From NCBI GenBank assembly GCA_002189035.1, contig CM007992.1, forward strand, positions 3,224,001 through 3,288,000: a DNA stretch of 64,000 nt, read 5' to 3'. Source of the DNA: Utricularia gibba. Lineage: Eukaryota; Plantae; Magnoliophyta. A program made the position numbers and the translations under genes. Numbering within the stretch: the stretch's first letter is position 1; every line of letters starts with the position of its first letter. The notes below the pieces were generated by a model that was not told the DNA's origin, searched no databases, and worked only from the letters and a program-made list of their open reading frames with translations. Positions 11,983 through 22,705 of this stretch are shown piece by piece.

Positions 11983-13769
11983 ATATATTATTAATATTTA
12001 TATTTTATAAATTTGTAATTTAAAAATATTTATTGTATATCATTCGTATTATAAAAATAAAAAATATTATATAAATGAGCAGCTCATTAGCATACTTGAA
12101 TTTAGGTCACCTAACTATGTTAATTTTTTAAACCCTAGACTCAAATTAAGTCATCCAACTATGTTAATGGGCAGCCCATCAACATAGTTGGTTTTAGGAT
12201 TTAATAAATGAGAATTAGTACTTAGTAGTGTAATAGCTTTTTTCATTCCTTTTCTTCTTCCAAATCCTCAAAGTAAACTTGTGGTTATGGAAATCTTTCC
12301 TTTAAATCATTATTAAACCAATGCAGCTTCAAATCGGGTTTTTGAAGAGTAGAAAACTTGAAAAAAAAAAAAAGTTTTATATACTTTTTTGAAGTTGTAC
12401 ATTTCTTTTTTTTTTTCTAGTTTTAAAGCTTCCTATTATGGAAACAAGCTGATGTTATTTTGCTATAATTTCTTGATTTTAAGAGGTGCATATGATTGAG
12501 TAATCATTCAATCTTTCTGTATCTTATCTTGTGGTTGATTTGGCTGATGAATCTGAATTTTTAAAAAATAATTTTGGAATTCCAGAGACTAACTCATCTT
12601 TAAACAAAAAAAATGTGAATTTTATTGATACGATCACTTTTTGTATAATTCGGTAAAAAGAAAGATAATATATAAATACTATCTTTATAAACTATGTGAA
12701 AAAATGATGATTATCAATTAAAAATTTTAGAATGAGTACTTGAAATCACCCTCGTCACTGTGACTATTGCCATAACCATGACTATCGTTTTCACCGCGTT
12801 GCCTGCTCTGCCACGATGCCCCACTCGTCAATGTCACGTGCCCCACTACGGAGCTGACTAATGGATCTGTTCAACAGCAACATAAAAATATAAAATATTT
12901 TTATAGATAATGTTATATTAATAATTTTATTATATTGAAATATTGAAAACCAATTTTGTCATTATTTTGAAAAAGTATAGGTTAATTATGTTAAATCGTT
13001 AAAACAGTGGAGATAAAACGGTAATCGATTGTAACTAATTTTACAAATCTCCAACACATTTTTTTGATGATTTTAGCAGCATTTTTTTTAAAAAATAGAA
13101 TTAACCCTTAATCTAAGAGTCAAAACCATGTTTAATTAATGAGAACACGATATAATCCCATAAAAATAATGGCATATTTTTATACATGGTAATAATTATT
13201 TTTCTAATTAATACACACGATAATAATAAATACAGGACATCTTGAATTCCACAAAAATAATGAATGCTGAATCTTGGATCCAATTTCAGATGTTTTTTAG
13301 TAAAATAAAACTTTTGTTTCACACATGTTTCAATTATAAATAAATATTTCATATATAATTTTGACACAGAAACAATTTTTGTTATAAAAAAATTAAAATA
13401 TAGAAAAACTTATTATTTTTTAGTAAAATAAGCTTTAGTAGAATAAAACTTATTATTTTTTTCAATTCTATTTTATCAAAATATTTATGAAAAAGTAATT
13501 TTAAGAAATTATAAAAGAAGCTTGAATTTTCATTAAGTAATTTTTATAGTTAATCCCAACTGTTTTAACTTAATGGTACGTTTAGTCCATACTATTTGAC
13601 ATAAAAAATACGTTTGGTCCCCATTAAAAGAATTAATATTTAATATTTTAACTTTAGGGTAGTCGTAACAGTGCACACTGTGAAAATTGTTTATCTGGTT
13701 TCTACTTCACAGTAAATCTACTGCCTCTTTGAATTTCTTTGCTTGCAGAGTGGCATTAGCAAGGAGATA

Positions 13770-16700
13770 ATGCCATTGGCTCTTCCGATCTCTTCCTTGA
13801 TTCGTTGTTAGTATACTCTGCGCATTTTTTAAGTGAGAAAAAGTGTGTGGAGAGTTATCTCCTGAGTTGTTGGTGTTTTTTTGCAGGTGATGCATACCCA
13901 AGCATACCAGCATGGAGGGCTAAGGGCTGTGTGGAGGTGAACTAGATGGGCTTTTTTTTTTTGTCATTTTGAGAAGCAGGTTTCATGTCTTCTTCCATGT
14001 GATCCAGAACAAAGAGGGGCTCATTGGAAGAATAAGGGAGAAGATTAACAGTGGGAAGGTGGAAATATCTCCATCAGCATATGATACGGCATGGGTGTCG
14101 ATGGTGCCAGCAGGAGATTATGAGCTGAAACCGCGCTTTAGAGAGTGCTTGCAGTGGATAGTGAAGAATCAGAATGAAGATGGGTCATGGGGGTTGAATC
14201 CAGGAGGCCATCCGGATCTGGTTAAAGACTCTCTTTCTTGCACCTTGGCTTGTGTTCTTGCCCTTCACAAATGGAAGCTGGACCAGACACTAATTGATAG
14301 AGGTAAGGTTGAGGTCTGTTTGGTGTAGTTCAAATAACTAACTCTAAAAAAGTGATTCTTTACGTTTAAGAAAATCTTTAGTTTTTATTGGAGTAAGAAT
14401 CCTTCAGTTTCTCAAAAAAATGAAACACTTTATTGTTTCAATTTCAAGTGGAACAAAAGCAATACGTGTTTTGTTCGAAAATTTTATTTAGAAATACTTT
14501 TATTGAAATTGAATCTGCACCAAACAAATTCCTAATATTTTGCTATCTGAACTTAGATCACATTGAAATGCAGTTCCTTATCTGGATTGCAGGATTGGAG
14601 TTCATAGCTTCACATGCTTGGGCTGTAACAGATAGAAATCAGATTTCTCCGGTTGGATTCGACATTACTTTTACTGGGATGATTAAATATGCCAACCAAA
14701 TGCATTTATCATTGCCATTGAACCAAGCTTTGGTTGCTTCACTACTAGAGATTAGAGACTCTGAGATGAGGTTGGTGCCTACTTCTTCCAGTTACATAGA
14801 GTTAACAAAGATATTCAACTTGTTTGGATCCTGTCTTTTAGAGGAAACCAAAACCTGGGATATGTATCAGAAGGATTAGGAAGTTCATGTAACTGGCATG
14901 CAGTCATATCATGTTTCCAAAGAAGCAATGGCTCAATATTGAACTCGCCGGCAACCACAGCAGCTGCTTTGATTCATGTACAAGATGAGAATTGCATGAA
15001 GTATTTGGTGTCTACTGTCAATGCTTGCAATGGATGGGGTACTACTCCTTCATACTAATCCTCTTGAATCCTGATTCAGTTGGTGAAATGATCATGTTTT
15101 TCTGGCTTGTCTTATGTCAGTGCCTACAATGTACCCCTTCGAAACATACAGCCGACTCATCATGGTTGATATGCTCGAAAACATGGGGATAGACCAGTAT
15201 TTTGAACAAGAGATTGAGAATATTCTTGATCAAGTGTATAGGTGAACAGCACAGCGATCCTCATTCATACGCATTTATCTTTTGATCCTCTGTTGTTGTA
15301 TTGCATCGACTTTGTGGCCTGAACAGAGGTTGGCTTATAAGAGAAGATGAGCTGTTTTCAGATATCTTTTGCCAGGCTCTCTCATTTCGCCTTCTAAGGA
15401 AGAAGGGATATGATGTCTCATCAGGTGCTGTGTTTTTTTCCTTCTGAAATAGACATTAAAGTTTATCTGCAACGTCTATTTCATGATTCAGATGAGCTGG
15501 CTGAGTTTGTGGAGCAGGAACACTTGCTCAAAAGGCTTGGCATGCAAAATGACTGCTTGAGTACTGCACACAAGCTTTACCAGGCTTCAAGGATAAAAGT
15601 CCATGAAAAAGAAGATGTTCTTGAGAGAATTCATTCATGGACTGCAATATATCTGCAACAGGAGATGAGCAACAACACTATTTTAGATGAAAACTTTTGG
15701 AAACAGATGATTAAGAACACATTTGATGAAATATTTGATCTCTGTGACGGAATCTCTGATATGTGTCTTCCGTCTTATCTGAAACCATCAAGCTGGAATA
15801 TGACCTGAAGAACTTTCATGGAAACCTTGATGCTATAAGAACCCGAAGAAGCATCGATTTATACAGCCTTCAAGATTTTCATGTTCTGAAAACAGCATAT
15901 AGGTAACTAACTACTGACTGGCTTGCAATGTTATGTTTCTGCTGGTTGATTTCCATGTGGTCTCTTGTATCTTCTATGTAGACTCCCACTGATTCATAGT
16001 GGTGGCATTCTCTTGCTCTCTGCTCAAGATTTCACAACTCATCAAGCTGAATACCAAGAAGAACTAAAACAGATGGAAAGGTATATGTGTATATCATAAC
16101 TTCTCTGATCCCCTCTACAAACTATGGAAGCTAATGTTATGCATTCAACATGCAATAGGTGGTTTACTGAATCCAGATTGGATCAACTAAACCAAGGAAG
16201 AAAAATACTGCACATTTCTTACTTCTCAACTGCTGCTGCCATTGTTGGTCTGGAGTTATCCTCGGTCCGAATAGCTTATAGTCAGACAATTGTTCTTATA
16301 TCTTGCATCGATGATTTTTTCGACCATTATGGGTCTCAAGAAGAGGCTCTCTCTTTAATAGATTTAGTGAGGAAGTATGCTGCCCACTTTTGCTTTCTTT
16401 CCGCCTAATCCAGATCTTAATAACCTCCTCTTATGCCTGGATTGCAGGTGGAATGTAGAGCCAGGAACTTCGTATTTCTCTGAAGAAGTTGAAATTTTGT
16501 TCACTGCATTGTATACAACAGTTAATGAAGTAGCAGAAAAGGCTTCTCACTAGCAAGGATGGTGCATGAGACAAGAACTAGTTAACATGGTAGCGGAAGA
16601 ATCTTCACATCTACTGTTTTCCCAACACTCTCTAACCATATGTTTTTCTTTTTTTTTTTGGAGTGGCATGAGCTTCTGACAAGTTTTGCAAGAGGAAAGA

Positions 16701-17305
16701 ACTCTTGGAGCAGCAGCAACAACATACAAAATGTTGATGAGTATATGGATTTTTCATCAAAAAGCCTGGGGTGCAAACTTTGTTTCTCCATGTCTGTTCA
16801 TTTTCTAGGAGTGAAAGTAGCCAAAGAAATGTTCACATCCAGAGAGTGGAGTTCCTTGTCCTACAGTGCATCTGTTGTCTGCAGACTTCTGAATGATCTG
16901 AAGACATACAAGGCATTGTGCTCTGATATGATGCATTCCTCCGAACACCTTCCCCGCATACTCTTAACATGTTGTTTTATGCAGAGAGAGCAAGAAGAAG
17001 GTGTTCTGAACATTGTGAGCGTGCTGATGATGATCGAGAATGCTTCAGAGGAAGAGGCTCTGTCAAAGCTCGAGCAAATTGTGGAATGCCATCGGCGCAA
17101 AGTGATGCAAATGGTTTATCAGAGAGAAGGAAGCAGCATTGCAAGAGAATGCAAACTACTCTTCTGGAAGTCATGCCAAATTGCTTATTTCCTGTACTCC
17201 CACACTGGAGGAGATGAGTTCACTTCTCCTCATGGTGTTGTTTTGGATATCAATGATGTGATTTGGGAGCCACTTAGGCCTTCCCTGCTTCCAAATCACA
17301 TCTGA
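13770..17305 (+). pseudogene. Kaurene-synthase-like (TPS-e) class I terpene synthase, copy 1, disrupted
   Basis: Contains [33 protein letters not shown] (DDxxD) and [12 protein letters not shown] (NSE/DTE). The donor at 15707 reads AT where copy 2 has GT (20414), and there is an in-frame TAG at 16551-16553 where copy 2 has CAG. Confidence 0.85.
14313..14532. mobile_element. Tourist-like MITE in a terpene synthase intron (copy 1)
   Basis: Imperfect terminal inverted repeats ggtctgtttggtgtagttcaa / ttgaatctgcaccaaacaaattcc, about 220 bp, AT-rich interior, right flank TAA; starts 10 nt after the intron donor at 14303. Confidence 0.55.
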
Positions 17306-17332
17306 ATTGTTGAGCTGAAGTCAATGCAATTC

Positions 17333-17603
17333 TAAAAGCATTTTTACTCAGTTTTTGGAAATGCCGACATAGTATTTTCGAGAATTGAGTTATTAGGTTT
17401 TCGTTATGTTTGTATATATTTTCGGAAATCATAATATTAAAATAAATATTATAAATTATATTTTGAACTATTTTGAGAAGTAAATTGAGTTTCATTATTT
17501 CCATTTTCGTAAAAAATGAAAAAACAATATTACTCATTTCTGTAACATTTACTTCATTTCCAAAAATACCATATCAATATTTTTGTAAATGAATAAAGAT
17601 GAT
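17333..17603. mobile_element. About 270-bp MITE-like insertion in the 3' UTR of terpene synthase copy 1
   Basis: Absent from the aligned 3' flanks of copy 2 and of the fragment at 24757. Carries the inverted repeat tttttggaaatg (17352-17363) / catttccaaaaa (17555-17566). Confidence 0.45.
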
Positions 17604-18039
17604 CTTTATAAGAGGATAACAAAAATGATAACTTTTTTCTATATAGATTCATATTTTATACAAATTTATCTATTCTATTTTTATTGAATAAATTTAGTAA
17701 GTATTTTAATATTATATTTTAGAAGAATCATAATAAAGTTTATATATAAACTATTGTTTGATTAATAATTTGTGTAATATTAGCATAATTTTTAAATTTA
17801 TTATATCTAATATATAAAATTTTATAAATAATAAAATATTTTTTATTATATACATAACATAATAATTACAAATCTAATGACGATTATAAAATACGATTTA
17901 CACTCTTTCTATTTATCTATTATTAATGTTATATAGATTTTATTCTTAAGAATTTTTTTAAATAAAATTTAGTTTTATATTTGATAATAAAACTATATTT
18001 GAATTATTGTCAGAGCCACTACCATGCATCTCGCAAAGA

Positions 18040-18230
18040 TTCAAAACCTTGCCGGAGAAGCAGTCCTTTGAAGCTTTGAAGGTGTTCCGATGCGGCAGAG
18101 GACGATGCGCGAGCACCGATAGGGTGATGGGTCGAGAATGAGAGTGTGGGAAGATGGCTGGTTAGACACGGCCGGAGCTTTAAAGGTGTCCAAATACTCT
18201 TACCGGAAGTATCTGTGCACGTCCCAATGG
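18040..18230 (+). mobile_element. Decayed LINE (L1-type) ORF2 remnant
   Basis: 18123-18164 translates as GDGSRMRVWEDGWL, preceded by a stop. This resembles the plant L1 post-RT motif WRVGxGxxIRxWxDxWL. It is a GC-richer island in an AT-rich spacer. Confidence 0.5.
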
Positions 18231-18484
18231 TCTATAAACCTTTCCTCCTCTGGATGTCATGCCACTTTCTTTCTCTACCTAAACTTAGTTTTCTGTTAGA
18301 GTCAAGAAAAAGCTGACTTTCTATCTTTCTACTCATACACTGAGTATTGCACTTCAGGGAAGTTGTAACAGGGCGCTGTCTGAAAGTTGTTCATCTTGTT
18401 TCTTCTAAGCTCCAATGGAGATCACAATAAATCTACTGCCCCTTTGAATTTCTTTGCTTGCAGAGTGGCACTAGCAAGGAGATA

Positions 18485-21400
18485 ATGTCATTGGCGCTTC
18501 CGATCTCTTCCTTGATTCGTTGTTAGTATACTCTGCGCATTTTTTAAGTGTGTGGAGCTTTATCTCCTGAGTTGCTGGTGTTTTTTTTTGCAGGTGATGC
18601 ATATACAAGCATGCCAGCATTGAGGGCTAAGGGCTGTGTTGAGGTGAACTAGATGGGCTTTTTTTTTTTGTCATTTTGAGAAGCAGGTTTCATGTCTTCT
18701 TTCATGTGATCCAGAACAAAGAGGGGCTCATTGGAAGAATAAGGGAGAAGATTAACAGTGGGAAGGTGGAAATATCTCCATCAGCATATGATACGGCATG
18801 GGTGTCGATGGTGCCAGCAGGAGATTATGAGCTGAAACCGCGCTTTAGAGAGTGCTTGCAGTGGATAGTGAAGAATCAGAATGAAGATGGGTCATGGGGG
18901 TTGAATCCAGGAGGCCATCCGGATCTGGTTAAAGACTCTCTTTCTTGCACCTTGGCTTGTGTTCTTGCCCTTCACAAATGGAAGCTGGACCAGACACTAA
19001 TTGATAGAGGTAAGGTTGAGGTCTGTTTGGTGTAGTTCAAATAACTAACTCTAAAAAAGTGATTCTTTACGTTTAAGAAAATCTTTAGTTTTTATTGGAG
19101 TAAGAATCCTTCAGTTTCTCAAAAAAATGAAACACTTTATTGTTTCAATTTCAAGTGGAACAAAAGCAATACGTGTTTTGTTCGAAAATTTTATTTAGAA
19201 ATACTTTTATTGAAATTGAATCTGCACCAAACAAATTCCTAATATTTTGCTATCTGAACTTAGATCACATTGAAATGCAGTTCCTTATCTGGATTGCAGG
19301 ATTGGAGTTCATAGCTTCACATGCTTGGGCTGTAACAGATAGAAATCAGATTTCTCCGGTTGGATTCGACATTACTTTTACTGGGATGATTAAATATGCC
19401 AACCAAATGCATTTATCATTGCCATTGAACCAAGCTTTGGTTGCTTCACTACTAGAGATTAGAGACTCTGAGATGAGGTTGGTGCCTACTTCTTCCAGTT
19501 ACATAGAGTTAACAAAGATATTCAACTTGTTTGGATCCTGTCTTTTAGAGGAAACCAAAACCTGGGATATGTATCAGAAGGATTAGGAAGTTCATGTAAC
19601 TGGCATGCAGTCATATCATGTTTCCAAAGAAGCAATGGCTCAATATTGAACTCGCCGGCAACCACAGCAGCTGCTTTGATTCATGTACAAGATGAGAATT
19701 GCATGAAGTATTTGGTGTCTACTGTCAATGCTTGCAATGGATGGGGTACTACTCCTTCATACTAATCCTCTTGAATCCTGATTCAGTTGGTGAAATGATC
19801 ATGTTTTTCTGGCTTGTCTTATGTCAGTGCCTACAATGTACCCCTTCGAAACATACAGCCGACTCATCATGGTTGATATGCTCGAAAACATGGGGATAGA
19901 CCAGTATTTTGAACAAGAGATTGAGAATATTCTTGATCAAGTGTATAGGTGAACAGCACAGCGATCCTCATTCATACGCATTTATCTTTTGATCCTCTGT
20001 TGTTGTATTGCATCGACTTTGTGGCCTGAACAGAGGTTGGCTTATAAGAGAAGATGAGCTGTTTTCAGATATCTTTTGCCAGGCTCTCTCATTTCGCCTT
20101 CTAAGGAAGAAGGGATATGATGTCTCATCAGGTGCTGTGTTTTTTTCCTTCTGAAATAGACATTAAAGTTTATCTGCAACGTCTATTTCATGATTCAGAT
20201 GAGCTGGCTGAGTTTGTGGAGCAGGAACACTTGCTCAAAAGGCTTGGCATGCAAAATGACTGCTTGAGTACTGCACACAAGCTTTACCAGGCTTCAAGGA
20301 TAAAAATCCATGAAAAAGAGGATGTTCTTGAGAGAATTCATTCATGGACTGCATCATATTTGCAACAGGAGATGAGCAACAACACTATTTTAGATAAAAA
20401 CTTCCGGAAACAGGTGATTAAGAACACATTTGATGAAATATTTGATCTCTGTGACAGAATCTCTGATTTGTGTATTCCGTTTTATCTGAAACCATCAAGC
20501 TGGAATATGACCTCAAGAACTTTCATGGAAATCTTGATGCTATAAGAACCCGAAGAAGCATCGATTTATACAGCGTTCAAGATTTTCATGTTCTGAAAAC
20601 AGCATATAGGTAACTAACTACAGACTGGCTTGCAATGCTGTATTTGTGCTGGTTGATTTCCATGTGGTCTCTTGTATCTTCTATGTAGACTCCCACTGAT
20701 TCATAGTGAAGACATTCTCTTGCTCTCTGCTCAAGATTTCTCTACTCGTCAAACTCAATACCAAGAAGAACTAAAACAGATGGAAAGGTATATGTATATA
20801 TCATAACTTCTCTGATCCCCTCTACAAACTATGGAAGCTAATGTTATGCATTCAACATACAATAGGTGGTTTACTGAATCCAGATTGGATCAACTAAACC
20901 AAGGAAGAAAAATACTGCACATTTCTTACTTCTCAACTGCTGCTGCCATTGTTGGTCTGGAGTTATCCTCGGTCCGAATAGCTTATAGTCAGACAATTGT
21001 TCTTATATCTTGCATCGATGATTTTTTCGACCATTATGGGTCTCAAGAGGAGGCTCTCTGTCTAATAGATTTAGTGAGGAAGTAAGTATGCTGCCTCCTT
21101 TTGTTTTCTTTCCCTTAATCCAAAACTTAATAACCTCCTCTTATGCGTGGATTGCAGGTGGAATGTAGAGCCAGGAACTTGTTATTTCTCTGAAGAAGTT
21201 GAAATTTTCTTCACTGCATTGTATAGAACAGTTAATGAAGTAGCAGAAAAGGCTTCTCAGCAGCAAGGATGGTGCATGAGGCAAGAACTAGTTAACATGG
21301 TAGCAGACGAATCTTCACATCTAATGTTTTCCCAACACTCTCTAACCATATCTTCATTTCTTTTTTGTTTTGGAGTGGCATGAGCTTCTGACAAGTTTTG

Positions 21401-22016
21401 CAAGAGAAAAAAACTCTTGGAGCAGCAGCAACAACATACAAAATGTTGATGAGTATATTGACTTTTCATCAAAAAGTGTGGGGTGCAAACTTTGCTTCTC
21501 TATGTCTGTTCATTTTCTAGGATTGAAAGTAGCCAAAGAAATGTTCACATCCAAAGAGTGGAGTTCCTTGTCCTACAGTGCATCTGTTGTCTGCAGACTT
21601 CTCAATGATCTCAAGACATACAAGGCATTGTCCTCTGATATGATGCATTCCTCCGAACACCTTCCCCGCATACTCTAAAATTCTGTTTTATGCAGAAGGA
21701 GCAAGAAGAAGGTGCTCTGAACATTGTGAGCGTGCTGATGATGATCGAGAATGCTTCAGAGGAAGAGGCTCTGTCAAAGCTCGAGCAAATTGTCGAACGC
21801 CATCGGCGCAAAGTGATGCAAATGGTGTATAAGAGAGAAGGAAGCAGCATTCCAAGAGAATGCAAACTGCTCTTCTGGAAGTCATGCCAAATTGCTCATT
21901 TCCTGTACTCCCACACTGGAGGAGATGAGTTCACTTCTCCTCATGGTGTTGCTGTGGATATCAATGATGTGATTTGGGAGCCCCTTAAGCCTTCTCTCCT
22001 ATCAAATCACATCTGA
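18485..22016 (+). CDS. Kaurene-synthase-like (TPS-e) class I terpene synthase, copy 2, apparently intact
   Basis: All exons join in frame from [13 protein letters not shown] to [17 protein letters not shown] and NDLKTYKKE are present; no class II DxDD motif (the position reads SDIFCQ). The model needs one GAG acceptor (21373-21375) and one GC donor (21625). Confidence 0.88.
19020..19239. mobile_element. Tourist-like MITE in a terpene synthase intron (copy 2)
   Basis: Same sequence as 14313-14532, offset by 4707 bp. Confidence 0.55.
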
Positions 22017-22705
22017 ATTGTTGAAGTAAAGTAAATGCAATTCCTCATAAAAGTATAACAAAATGATAATTATTTTTTTTACACACTAAATATAGATGAT
22101 TACTTTTCTAATATATTCATTAAACTACATTCAATAAAGATAATTAGAAAAAGATTAGTATTGAAATCTTGAACTGAACCGTAATTAGAACAAGTACTAA
22201 CGGTTTTAATTCAAAATTGGAATCGAAACCATTGAATCAAATCGAAACTAGAACTAGACGGTTATCATTTAAATGAATAATGCGTTTAAAATTATGATTC
22301 AAGTGGATTACACTTGTAATAAAATTTCAATAAAATTCTTATCTATAGAGAAGCGTGACAAGTGATACTGAAATTAAATAAGAATGAGATAATATTGCAT
22401 TTACATTTATTTGTTGTCCAATCACACACAAATATTTTAACAAAAATAATAGTACATGTTGAATTTCAAACATTTTGAATAGGTATATAAATAACCAAAT
22501 ATGACTCGGCTCTTTAGAGTTCTTGATGAACTCTTTATGAACTTTATTTCATCTTATTTAGTGGTTTTTCTTTTTGGTGGTGGGTTTTGGTAGCCCTATG
22601 GTTTCCTGTTATAAAAATTGGGGCTTTTGAATTTGGCAATCTCTATGTGGGTTCAATGCTTGGATATTAGCGGTTTTTTCTAGGGATGCTTTTGGAGGCT
22701 CAGGT

